This document shows, in pieces, positions 18,143 to 27,165 of a DNA stretch of 43,223 nt. The DNA lies in contig JBHLRZ010000028.1 in NCBI GenBank assembly GCA_048882045.1, positions 1 through 43,223 on the forward strand, read 5' to 3'. Position 1 is the stretch's first letter; each line of letters opens with the position of its first letter. Below the pieces are notes generated by a model that worked only from the letters and a program-made list of their open reading frames with translations, had not been told where the DNA came from and did not search any database. Both the position numbers and the translations under genes were made by a program. Source of the stretch: Candidatus Thorarchaeota archaeon. Lineage in GTDB: Archaea; Asgardarchaeota; Thorarchaeia; Thorarchaeales; Thorarchaeaceae.

Positions 18143-19614
18143 TATGGAGTGTGACAATGATGGAAGTGCGAAATAGACTACTGACCTTACTTCGAAGTCA
18201 CATCGTTCTCATACTGATTCTCATTGCTAGTTTCATCGTCTGGACAGTAGTTTTCAGTCTTGCAGCTCAAGATTTCCTAGTAAGTGGCACGAGACCTTTC
18301 CGGTATTCATGGGATGGAATTGGCCAGTTCGAGCTGTTTGGTTGGACGATAAATTATGAATTCGAGGGCTATGTCGATTATGACTTCTATTATCTCACTT
18401 GGGCCGACCAATTCCTTAACGGAGTTATACCCTACACCGATGCATTCAATCAAGCGAATTTTGATGGCATTGACTACAACACTCCTTTCTTCCTCCCACC
18501 ACTTTTCCTATATCTATGCGTTATCGGGGCATCAATGGGTCCGTTGGGTCTCGGCTTCTTGATCTCTGTTTTCGGTTTTATCACGGCATTTCCTGTTTAT
18601 GGTATCTCAAAGTATCTATCCAAGAAGAAACGAATCGCTGAGATTTCTGTGGCAACATATCTGCTCAATCCATTAGTTCTTTTCCAGACAACCTACAAGT
18701 GGATGAACCCAGCACCATTTGTCTTCTTCACAACTCTAGCTTTCTATCTATTCATGAAACAGCGGAGGTTCGAAGGCACATTAGCGATTACAACAGCCAT
18801 CTTCTTCAAACAGATAGCAATCTTCTTCGCACTACCCCTCATAGCATATCTGATCAAAAAGCCTCCTAAAGATGTGCAGGAGGATAATCAAGCCATTAGG
18901 GATGGGAAAGGGAATCTGTTAAGTGACTATGTTGATCTGAGGAGTTTTGCGAAAGTTATAGCTGTCATAGGAGTCTTTGCTGTTCTACTCTCTCTTCCAT
19001 ACATCCTTGATTTCCGTAACTACCTCTATTACATGTTAGAACGACCTGGAGCTGTACTCTATGATGACTTGACATCACTTCCTGATTTCGGCACACCGAT
19101 AACTTTCACAGCACTCCTAATATTGCTGGGTGCACCCGAAGGACTGTCTGCTCTCTTCAATGTGGGAATTTACTACACTCTGTTCCTCCTTCCTGGTGTC
19201 ATTGGTACACTGGGTCTTTGCCTCTTCGAAGAGAAAGATGACAGGAATCTTAAGGGTTACTGGAGGAAAATCTTCTATCTGACCTTGCTGTTAGTATTCT
19301 GGTTACATATCTTTTCACCGCGAGGTATCTACAAGTATTACTTAGTCGCAATCATTCCTTTGATCTCTATACTCTCTTCCAGTAGTATGATGAGAAGTGA
19401 AACTACAAAGGTTAACGCATCAGTTTCGATGATTGTAAATCCGTTCCTGATTGGTCTGCTCATTCTTTTCCCAAGTAGACATGTCTACCTTACACTTCTG
19501 GTTTTGATGATGTTGATGTACCTACTACACAAACAGTTGGCAGAGGTGAATGGTATGATTGGTGCGAGGATACGTCTTCTGAGAGTTAGACTGATCTCTA
19601 AGAAGGACTTGTGA
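18139..19614 (+). CDS. Polytopic GT-C-fold glycosyltransferase, tandem paralog of the upstream gene
   Basis: EGYVDYDFYY...PYTDAF...LPPL; TYLLNPL; MNPAPFVFF; AIFFKQ; RGIYKYYL, collinear with the upstream protein. Real start is probably ATG 18157 or 18160. Confidence 0.75.
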   Translation: MIWSVTMMEVRNRLLTLLRSHIVLILILIASFIVWTVVFSLAAQDFLVSGTRPFRYSWDGIGQFELFGWTINYEFEGYVDYDFYYLTWADQFLNGVIPYTDAFNQANFDGIDYNTPFFLPPLFLYLCVIGASMGPLGLGFLISVFGFITAFPVYGISKYLSKKKRIAEISVATYLLNPLVLFQTTYKWMNPAPFVFFTTLAFYLFMKQRRFEGTLAITTAIFFKQIAIFFALPLIAYLIKKPPKDVQEDNQAIRDGKGNLLSDYVDLRSFAKVIAVIGVFAVLLSLPYILDFRNYLYYMLERPGAVLYDDLTSLPDFGTPITFTALLILLGAPEGLSALFNVGIYYTLFLLPGVIGTLGLCLFEEKDDRNLKGYWRKIFYLTLLLVFWLHIFSPRGIYKYYLVAIIPLISILSSSSMMRSETTKVNASVSMIVNPFLIGLLILFPSRHVYLTLLVLMMLMYLLHKQLAEVNGMIGARIRLLRVRLISKKDL

Positions 19615-20785
19615 GATTTTCCAGTTCTTTCTGCTTAGAGTCCATCTTCTTCTTTAGACTCTTGATTCGTGCATCCAACTTCTCGACCTGTTCCTTGAAA
19701 GTGTCATCTGGCATTGCACCAGTCCCATGACGATCCTCGATGTGTTTACGAATTTGTTCAACAGACTTGAGCTCTTTTTTAAGAGCCTTCAAATCTGACT
19801 CTATAGCTGTAGTCTTTGTTTCATCTGCAGTCTTGAACTGCTTTGCTGGAATCATGACGCCGAACTGCTGTTGCGTTTTCTCTGCAAAGTCTTGGAACTG
19901 GTCCCTAAGCATCTCTACATTTTTGTCCACATTGGTAACCTGCTCCTTTACCTTAGAGATGTCTTTCTGCAGGTCAAAGACTGCATTGACCAACCTCTTT
20001 AGAGTCTGCTCAAGCTCCTTCGATACAACAGTATCTACTTCTTTTTCCCTCTCATCCTCGTCTTTCTTCTGTTCTTTCGCAACAGAACTTGGTTTTGTTA
20101 ACTGAACATCTCCACTCAGCCATTTGAAAGCGTTGAGGGCAAAGATGGCATTGCCTTTATGTTTCAGTCCGCCACCCTTACGAAAAATCTCATAACTGCC
20201 TACACACATCACTCGACCCTTACCTGGTTCAGCTATGGCGACAACTGAGGCACTCCCTGGGTCTGCAGTATCTGACGTGACAGCAAGTGATGTTGCCTTT
20301 CCGGTCACCTTCAGACTGCATGCGGAAGGAACTAGCAGGTCTTTTACATCTTCAGTCGAGGGATGGGCAACGATGTCCGATACGAGTGGCATCGTTGGCA
20401 AACCTGCATTGTTACGATCATCCTTCACAGCTGTGTTTTCAAATGTGATTCCAAATTCTGATGAGATCTTGGACATGTTGTTCATGAGTCCGCGATCTCC
20501 CCCAGATAGTGAAAGGAGTAATAGGCCTCCTCCGTTCTCCACGTATTTCTTGAGAACATCAATTTCAGCAGGTCTGACCTTCGAGCTGTTCGGACACCCA
20601 AAGACGATTACAGAAGCATCCTTGAGATTTTTGGCAAGGATCATAAACTCAGTATAAGCCTCGACATCAAAGTCGTTGTCTTTGAGCAATTGCCCCAGTT
20701 CAGAGTAAGTACTATCTAGTCTACCTCTCTCATTCTGTGTCTGATCAAAGAGGATCTTCTTTCTCCTGCCGCTCAAGATGTTCAC
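19598..20785 (-). CDS. GIFT-domain (IFT52/GldG/DUF4350-like) protein with C-terminal coiled coil
   Basis: KILFDQTQNE...YSEL...IVFGCP...EIDVLKKYVENGGGLLL...GGD...EFGITFENTAV...GKGRVMCVGS.EIF...N..FALNAFKWL, then about 150 aa of heptad-rich helix. No signal peptide. Confidence 0.8.
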   Translation of the reverse strand: MNILSGRRKKILFDQTQNERGRLDSTYSELGQLLKDNDFDVEAYTEFMILAKNLKDASVIVFGCPNSSKVRPAEIDVLKKYVENGGGLLLLSLSGGDRGLMNNMSKISSEFGITFENTAVKDDRNNAGLPTMPLVSDIVAHPSTEDVKDLLVPSACSLKVTGKATSLAVTSDTADPGSASVVAIAEPGKGRVMCVGSYEIFRKGGGLKHKGNAIFALNAFKWLSGDVQLTKPSSVAKEQKKDEDEREKEVDTVVSKELEQTLKRLVNAVFDLQKDISKVKEQVTNVDKNVEMLRDQFQDFAEKTQQQFGVMIPAKQFKTADETKTTAIESDLKALKKELKSVEQIRKHIEDRHGTGAMPDDTFKEQVEKLDARIKSLKKKMDSKQKELENLTSPS

Positions 20786-20884
20786 CTATTAGTCCTGTTT
20801 GTAATCCAGCACGTTTTTGCGTTAATGAGACTTCCGTCGATGTGCTTCGAATGTTTTATCTCATCGTATTATAGATAAACCACT

Positions 20885-21313
20885 ATGAGCGAGGAGAAAT
20901 GTATTTTCTGCAAGATTGTTAGTGGAGAGATGCCAGCTTCTATAATCTTTGAGGATGATGTTTGCATAGCCCTAATGGATGTCTTCCCAGTAAATGAGGG
21001 CCACAGCCTGTTGATTCCTAAGAAACATTTCATAAACATGTTAGATGTCGATGACGATGTTGTTGCTCATTTGGCCAAGCGTCTTGCTGACTTGACGAGA
21101 CGAGTGAAGAAGGCAACCGGGGAGGATGGAGTTATCAACATAGTAGCCAATGGCGAGGGTGCAGGACAGGAAGTTCCTCATTTACATTTTCATGCTATCC
21201 CTCGTAGTAAGGGTTCATCTTTTGGTTTTCATTTTCCACCTGACTATCGAAACGAGTTGGCATCCCGTGATAGTCTCGAAGAGATGGCGAAGAAGATTCG
21301 CGAATCAATCTAG
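20885..21313 (+). CDS. hit: HIT family nucleotide hydrolase
   Basis: CIFCKI; DVFPVNEGHSLLIPKKH; NGEGAGQEVPHLHFHAIPR histidine triad. Confidence 0.95.
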   Translation: MSEEKCIFCKIVSGEMPASIIFEDDVCIALMDVFPVNEGHSLLIPKKHFINMLDVDDDVVAHLAKRLADLTRRVKKATGEDGVINIVANGEGAGQEVPHLHFHAIPRSKGSSFGFHFPPDYRNELASRDSLEEMAKKIRESI

Positions 21314-21744
21314 GAGATATCCAAGAGATTTAGCCCAGTTCTGTCATCTCGAGCCCTAGTAAGATCTGTAGCTGTTACTGTCATCACCAATTCAATTGTG
21401 ACGGAAACCTTGCACCCTTTCATCAAATGTCCACCGTAGCATTTTCCAGTTTCGTCTGAAACTATCATATGAGCATGCACCATTGGTTTCCCATTGAGTG
21501 TCGAGATATTTCCCATACAAGATACTACCTCTACATCTTCGTCAACAGTAAAGTCTCTGTATTCATTGGCTGCAAGATGGAAATAACCTAGCTTGGCTCC
21601 TGAGATAGCTCCTATCAGTGTAATATGTCCTGACTTCACTCCATGTTCAGCAGCCACTGCTTCTATTGTTTCGAGTACATCCTCTCCTGGTTCCATCCGT
21701 GATATTATTACTCGTTTTGCTTCTGTCTGAATTGAACGAACCAT
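21310..21744 (-). CDS. PPC-domain (DUF296) putative DNA-binding protein
   Basis: RMEPGEDV...IGA...EVVSCMGNIS...VHAHMIVSD..G..YGGHL..GC.V.VTIE. ATG at 21744 preferred over the track's 21822. Confidence 0.9.
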   Translation of the reverse strand: MVRSIQTEAKRVIISRMEPGEDVLETIEAVAAEHGVKSGHITLIGAISGAKLGYFHLAANEYRDFTVDEDVEVVSCMGNISTLNGKPMVHAHMIVSDETGKCYGGHLMKGCKVSVTIELVMTVTATDLTRARDDRTGLNLLDIS

Positions 21745-21833
21745 GTATGGATTCTGGACATCCGCATTAATGAACAACTCGGATTCACAATGGGAAGTGC
21801 TTATCAGGGATAATTTGTCCACTTATTCTGTGA

Positions 21834-24623
21834 GTGGCAATTCCAATGGAAGAACAAGAAATAGATGATGGACAATCTTCACTGGAGGACTTCTTTTCCG
21901 ATTCTGAAGAACTCGCTCCTGAGGTCGAGGTTGAAGAGTCTGAGAAAAATCCATCCAGTCCTGAATCTAATTCTTCAGAGGATGAATCAGAAGAACCCAG
22001 TGATGAACCAGATGAAGGCGATGTTGTTCAGCTGAAAGTAGGTCAGCGTGAGCTTCCCACTGATCTTCCTCCATCATTCCTTCTCTCTATAGACTACTCC
22101 GGACCTGAAAACAAAGCCATTGCACGGTTGTACCGACCGGATACTAAGGAAGTATTCTTCTGGCTTGACAATACAGGACACAAGCCCTATTTCTACACAG
22201 ACTTTCCACCTCAAGTGGTCAAATCGACTGCTGGCAAGCACAGAGGCTTTGTTGAAGCCAAGCAAGTCGAACTGCTTGACCTTCTCCGAGATGAAACAGT
22301 AAAAATGACCAAGGTTATTGGGGACAATCCTCTTGCTATCGGAGGTCGTCAAGACTCGATTAGGAATTTGATGGTAGACAAACAAACAGGATCTAGTCAT
22401 GCTTGGGAGGCTGCAATACGTTATCAGTTGTGTTATACCTATGATAGCAAATTGGTTCCAGGACTGATGTACAAGATTGAGAATAGTGAAATCATACCTG
22501 TTCCCCCTGACGTCGATGCTTCTACATTAAAGGAGTTCAAGAAGACGATCCAGGACGAGGTCGGTCTAGAGTCAATCATCAAAGAATATTCACCCATGTT
22601 CTTCACCGAAGTTCCAGATATTTGGCGCATAGCTGTGGACATCGAGGTCTATACGCCTGTTCTCAACCGAGTCCCTGACCCCAACAAGGCTGATTATCCC
22701 GTGACAGCGATAGGACTTTCTGACAATGAGGGATTCAACAAGTGCTTTATCCTTAGAAGAGAGGGTCACCCTGAGGGCAAGAAGGGCAAAAACTTTCCAA
22801 AAGATCTTGAAATTGTGTTCTATGATGATGAAGCAGAGATGCTTGTTGATGCGTTCAAACTGATTGACCAGTACCCTCTTGTATTGACCTTTGTTGGAGA
22901 CACATTTGACCTCAAATACTTACACAACCGAGCACAACATCTACGGATAGATATGGACCAGTATTGTCCAATCTCCATCAGGAAGAATCAAGATCCTCGA
23001 CGTGACAGAACTTTGCTGCACCGTGGGATACATGTCGACTTCTACAAGTTCTTTACCAATCCCTCTATCAAGATTTATGCCCTCTCGGGAGCATATCAGC
23101 GAGAAAATCTTGACTCAATAGCAGAAGGCATCCTGGGAGTCAAGAAGTTAGAACTTAGCACAGACATATCACATCTTGACTATTATGAACTGGCTCACTA
23201 CTGCTGGCTAGATGCAAACTTGGTGATGCAGTTCACTCAATTTGAAAGCAACCTTTTACTCCGACTCATAGTCCTACTGATGCGTATCTCAAGGATGTCA
23301 ATGGATGACGTTACAAGGTTCTTCATTTCGTCCTGGATTCAGTCCCTCTTCAGACAAGAACACAGGTCAAATGATCTACTAATTCCTCGCCGAGAAGACA
23401 TTGATAGTGTGAAACAAGCAGATGCTCAGGTTGAAGCGACAATAGGTGGAAAGGGGTTCAAGGGTGCCATCGTCATTGACCCTGTAGCGGGTGTTCATTT
23501 CAACGCTACTGTTCTAGACTTTGCAAGTCTATATCCCACAATAATGAAGACTCACAACATAAGCTATGAAACCGTTGACTGTCCGCATGAAGAGTGCAGG
23601 GCAGGAACCGACAATAGAGTCCCTCAGACTGAACATTGGACATGTACCAGACGCCGTGGAATGATCAGTCAAACTATTGGATTCTTCAGGGACACTCGTG
23701 TGAAGTGGTTCAAACCCAAGAGCAAAGACAGTGCTCTGGACGAACGCACCAGGAACTGGTACTCAGTTGTGGAAAGAGCTTTGAAGGTATTTGTCAATGC
23801 CAGCTATGGAGTAACCGGAGCTCCTCATTTTGAACTGTTCTGTATGCCAGCTGCTGAGAGTGTAACAGCTTATGGTCGGGATGCGATTGAACGTACAAAG
23901 GAGAAGGCAGAGTCAATGGGCATCACAGTTCTTTATGGGGACACCGACTCGGTCTTCCTCGATAATCCCTCAAAGAAACAACAGGAGGAGTTGGTGGCCT
24001 GGTCGAGAGAGGTCCTCGGGATTGACCTTGAGGTTGAGAAGACCTACAAGTATGTCGCGCTTTCTGAAAGAAAGAAGAACTACATAGGTGTCTATAAAGA
24101 TGGGAAGGTGGAGGTCAAGGGACTTAGTGGCAAGAAACGAAATACACCTGACTTTGCACAAGAAGCCTTCAGGCAAATGTTGGAGGTCCTGAGCAGGGTG
24201 GATGATCCCGAAGGTTTTGAGAAAGCAAAAGATGAGATTCGTGAGATTGTGAACGAGGTCATTGACAGACTGGAGGAGAAGCCACCTCGGTATAAACCCG
24301 AAGATTTGGCTTTCAGAATACAATTGACCAAACCACTTCATTCGTACGACACTGACATTCCGCATGTGCGAGCAGCGAAGAAACTGGTGGAGGAAACACA
24401 GGATCCCACCAAAGCATTACCTGGAACAATAGTTTCCTATATCAAAACCAAGGGTCAAGACACGGTCATTCCAGTGGAACTCGTCAAGTCTGACCAAAGC
24501 TACTGGATTGATAAGGATGCGTACATTGATATCTTGAGGAGTGTGTTTGAACAGGTTCTCGATTCGGTGGGTCTCGATTTTGAAGAGTTCCTCGGATTTA
24601 CTACCCTTGACCAGTTCTTCTAG
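21834..24623 (+). CDS. polB: Family B DNA polymerase, archaeal PolB1 type
   Basis: ExoI DIEV; ExoII GDTFDLKY; ExoIII YCWLDA; motif A DFASLYPT; motif B KVFVNASYG; motif C YGDTDS; KKNY; KGLSGKK. PolB1-type DNTGHKPYF and AWEA. PIP-like motifs at both termini. Confidence 0.95.
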   Translation: MAIPMEEQEIDDGQSSLEDFFSDSEELAPEVEVEESEKNPSSPESNSSEDESEEPSDEPDEGDVVQLKVGQRELPTDLPPSFLLSIDYSGPENKAIARLYRPDTKEVFFWLDNTGHKPYFYTDFPPQVVKSTAGKHRGFVEAKQVELLDLLRDETVKMTKVIGDNPLAIGGRQDSIRNLMVDKQTGSSHAWEAAIRYQLCYTYDSKLVPGLMYKIENSEIIPVPPDVDASTLKEFKKTIQDEVGLESIIKEYSPMFFTEVPDIWRIAVDIEVYTPVLNRVPDPNKADYPVTAIGLSDNEGFNKCFILRREGHPEGKKGKNFPKDLEIVFYDDEAEMLVDAFKLIDQYPLVLTFVGDTFDLKYLHNRAQHLRIDMDQYCPISIRKNQDPRRDRTLLHRGIHVDFYKFFTNPSIKIYALSGAYQRENLDSIAEGILGVKKLELSTDISHLDYYELAHYCWLDANLVMQFTQFESNLLLRLIVLLMRISRMSMDDVTRFFISSWIQSLFRQEHRSNDLLIPRREDIDSVKQADAQVEATIGGKGFKGAIVIDPVAGVHFNATVLDFASLYPTIMKTHNISYETVDCPHEECRAGTDNRVPQTEHWTCTRRRGMISQTIGFFRDTRVKWFKPKSKDSALDERTRNWYSVVERALKVFVNASYGVTGAPHFELFCMPAAESVTAYGRDAIERTKEKAESMGITVLYGDTDSVFLDNPSKKQQEELVAWSREVLGIDLEVEKTYKYVALSERKKNYIGVYKDGKVEVKGLSGKKRNTPDFAQEAFRQMLEVLSRVDDPEGFEKAKDEIREIVNEVIDRLEEKPPRYKPEDLAFRIQLTKPLHSYDTDIPHVRAAKKLVEETQDPTKALPGTIVSYIKTKGQDTVIPVELVKSDQSYWIDKDAYIDILRSVFEQVLDSVGLDFEEFLGFTTLDQFF

Positions 24624-24667
24624 AGCTGGATTTATGAAGAGGGTCTGGTCTAGAAATCCTTATCACC

Positions 24668-25768
24668 GTGACTGGTTACACGCTAGCAAACCGAGAACCT
24701 TCCTCTAGCCAATTTCGACGGGGATACATGATAATGAAGCTGAATTATCGCGAATTCTTCATGCAGAAGATGCTAATTATGTTCAAACCCGAAGATATTG
24801 AAACGTCTGCAAAAGATTTCATCTCCACATATGCTTCATATATCGAGGAAGTTGGAATCGTGGGGAAAGGTCCTGATGGTTATGCTCTGTTTCCCAGTAA
24901 GACTGCACCAGTCCGAGAGGAGCACACTGACTTCTTTGAGGAATGGGTTCGTCTGAACGATACTCTCGATATTAATGGTGTAGTGGGAATGGACTTTTAC
25001 ACGGATGGATGGTTTGCACGGGATCCGAAGTACCAGACGATGAATGACCAAGGCATCAAGATGGAGCACCAGATTTGTCCCAACCGAAAAGAGTTCTGGG
25101 AGTATGGCGCAGAAATCATTAGGGAAATTGGTGCGTACCCGATCAATGAAATCCTTCTCTTTGGCACAGGATTCATTCGCGACCACTTTTGCTTCTGTGA
25201 GCGTTGCCGAAAGGACTTTGGTCCCATGGTGGACATGGAGCCTGATCGCCTGAGCTATGCTTTCCTGACTGAAAATCCTGAGTACCATGAGAAGTGGCAT
25301 CAGTTCCGCAGTGACAAGGTGCACGAAGGACTACAGGTCCTGCAGGATGCAGCCACAGAATCTGATGAAGCTATGGGACGTGAACAGCCACTAAAGCTCT
25401 CTGTTGAGGTCTTACTCGATCCTGAAACTGGTCTCTCAGAGGGGGCAAGAAACGAGTACGGGTATGACTATTCACGAATTGGTGAGATAACCAAGAATGT
25501 ATTAATCAACCTGTTTCCATGGTCTCCGATACTGCCCTCAAAGGGCAGTTCTGAATATAGTGAACTCGTAGAGTCGCTCTATTTTGTCAATGAGTTTACC
25601 CGACGGGGCGGTAGAGCATCATTGTTCAGATGGGGTGTCACCACAGTTGAGCAGCTTCAAGAGCTTAAGGCTCTTGGTAAGGATGTTGGCATCGATAGAA
25701 TCGTCTCTACTTTCCATTATCCGTCAGACTACTCTCGCAGACGAGAGAGTGCAATAGGCAGCTACTGA
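24668..25768 (+). CDS. Hypothetical TIM-barrel protein, glycoside-hydrolase-like (GHL/GH42-like pattern)
   Basis: KGPDGYALFPS; ICPNRKEF; FCFCERCRKDF; W.QFR; YGYDY, a pattern typical of GHL-type barrels. No signal peptide. Start may be ATG 24728-24761. Confidence 0.5.
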   Translation: MTGYTLANREPSSSQFRRGYMIMKLNYREFFMQKMLIMFKPEDIETSAKDFISTYASYIEEVGIVGKGPDGYALFPSKTAPVREEHTDFFEEWVRLNDTLDINGVVGMDFYTDGWFARDPKYQTMNDQGIKMEHQICPNRKEFWEYGAEIIREIGAYPINEILLFGTGFIRDHFCFCERCRKDFGPMVDMEPDRLSYAFLTENPEYHEKWHQFRSDKVHEGLQVLQDAATESDEAMGREQPLKLSVEVLLDPETGLSEGARNEYGYDYSRIGEITKNVLINLFPWSPILPSKGSSEYSELVESLYFVNEFTRRGGRASLFRWGVTTVEQLQELKALGKDVGIDRIVSTFHYPSDYSRRRESAIGSY

Positions 25769-26580
25769 CGTGCACTACAATATGGACAAACCCTGTTGTT
25801 TGACCGAATACTTCTGCCACAGGAGAAGCAGAAACTATATCCATCATTCTCTTCGCGTTTGTCATCGTTGAATGGACTAAGTTCTCCTTGAGAGAATAAT
25901 GAGCCAATGCCTTCTATGGATTCATCAAGCTGGTTGTTGCACACTTGTCGACTCTCATCTCCACTGAAGATTTGACTGTCCCGGCCTTGGTACTGATAAG
26001 TTTCAGCAGATGATCGCGAGTCACGCCAAGAGTCTGAACCATCACCATATTGTGCAGCGAGTGATTTCATGGTTCTATCAAGAGCCTCGAAGTCTTGTCG
26101 GTAATCATCTGCTCCATAGCCCGGGTCTCTTGCTGGACGGTTTGCGAGTCTGTCTTCTGAGGCTTGTTGTGACCAACTAGGATCTAGATTTGATAGACCT
26201 CTGGCAGTTTCGACGAATCTGATGTGTGAATCTCCCTTCAGACGTTCGTATTCATCAAAGGTCAAACCTAGAATCTCAAGAGCCCGATCTCTCTCAGCAC
26301 ACCTCTTTGATAGTGGACAACAATATGATAGACTTCCATGGCAGAGTGAAGCCATTGCTCTGTCTTGACGCGACTTGAAAATCGGAGTTATACGTCTGTT
26401 CCCAAGAATCAAGGAATCTCCGTCAGATCTAATCTCAGAATACCCGCTCTGAGCAAGAGCTTCAATAATCTCCTTAGCTGGATATGCCCTCCCCTCAATG
26501 ATGATATGCCCCTCAGTCTTGTCCAATCGCACTGCTCGATCACTATTCTTGTTCTCATCGTAATATCTCGTTTCTGCCAC
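25762..26580 (-). CDS. Hypothetical Cys-motif protein: methanogenesis-marker-9-like half domain, disordered linker, C-terminal Zn ribbon
   Basis: CHGSLSYCCPLSKRCAERDRALEILGLTFDEYERLK; C-terminal CFSCG...CPYC. GTG start. Confidence 0.65.
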   Translation of the reverse strand: MAETRYYDENKNSDRAVRLDKTEGHIIIEGRAYPAKEIIEALAQSGYSEIRSDGDSLILGNRRITPIFKSRQDRAMASLCHGSLSYCCPLSKRCAERDRALEILGLTFDEYERLKGDSHIRFVETARGLSNLDPSWSQQASEDRLANRPARDPGYGADDYRQDFEALDRTMKSLAAQYGDGSDSWRDSRSSAETYQYQGRDSQIFSGDESRQVCNNQLDESIEGIGSLFSQGELSPFNDDKREENDGYSFCFSCGRSIRSNNRVCPYCSARQ

Positions 26581-26660
26581 CTCACAGAGTTATGTGCGCT
26601 ATACGACCATGCTCCCTGAGCAATACAGGTGTATGTATTACCTCGGTCTGACGCGAGAGA

Positions 26661-26670
26661 GTTATATAAC
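26661..26670. promoter_or_regulatory. Palindromic TATA box between divergent genes
   Basis: GTTATATAAC is a perfect palindrome, 46 nt upstream of ATG 26716 and about 80 nt upstream of GTG 26580. Confidence 0.55.
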
Positions 26671-26715
26671 GGGCTTTAGAATCATAATTCAACGGTTCTC
26701 TTGGAGGACATAAAG

Positions 26716-27087
26716 ATGGGTTTGAAGGCTGAAGGTGCTGCACAGGGGTTCACTGTTTTGGGTGGTCTCGTGCTTCTGATTTATTCGATATTCCGAATCT
26801 ATTCTGCTGCTATTGGTCCTGGACCTGGAACACCACAGGGGCTGATGGAGATTCTTCTTGGTATTGTTCTAATACTCATAGTGGCATTAGCGTTTGATGC
26901 CTGTGGATTTATCTACTGGAAGATTAAGAGATCTGGTGTTCTCTTGGCTCTCTTTGGACTGATTGCAATTGTGATTGTATCCTACCCAGGTTTCTCATTT
27001 GACATCATTGCATGGATGATGCGTAATGAAACATTGGCTGGTTTCATGATTCTGTTGGGTGGTCTACTCCTCGTTGTGAGGAAGTAG
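26716..27087 (+). CDS. Small 4-TM membrane protein
   Basis: Four Gly-rich hydrophobic helices; GGAGG SD before ATG 26716. Confidence 0.8.
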   Translation: MGLKAEGAAQGFTVLGGLVLLIYSIFRIYSAAIGPGPGTPQGLMEILLGIVLILIVALAFDACGFIYWKIKRSGVLLALFGLIAIVIVSYPGFSFDIIAWMMRNETLAGFMILLGGLLLVVRK

Positions 27088-27165
27088 AGATTTCGCGCGC
27101 TCCACAAATTAGATAACGGGAACACCTTCCAGACACGACCGTGCAATCCAAGGACGGTTGTTGAA

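Noticed and set aside
21310-21313. Convergent stops sharing CTAG, and similar short 3' overlaps at 19598-19614 and 25762-25768
   Set aside because: Common in compact archaeal genomes; no special function indicated.
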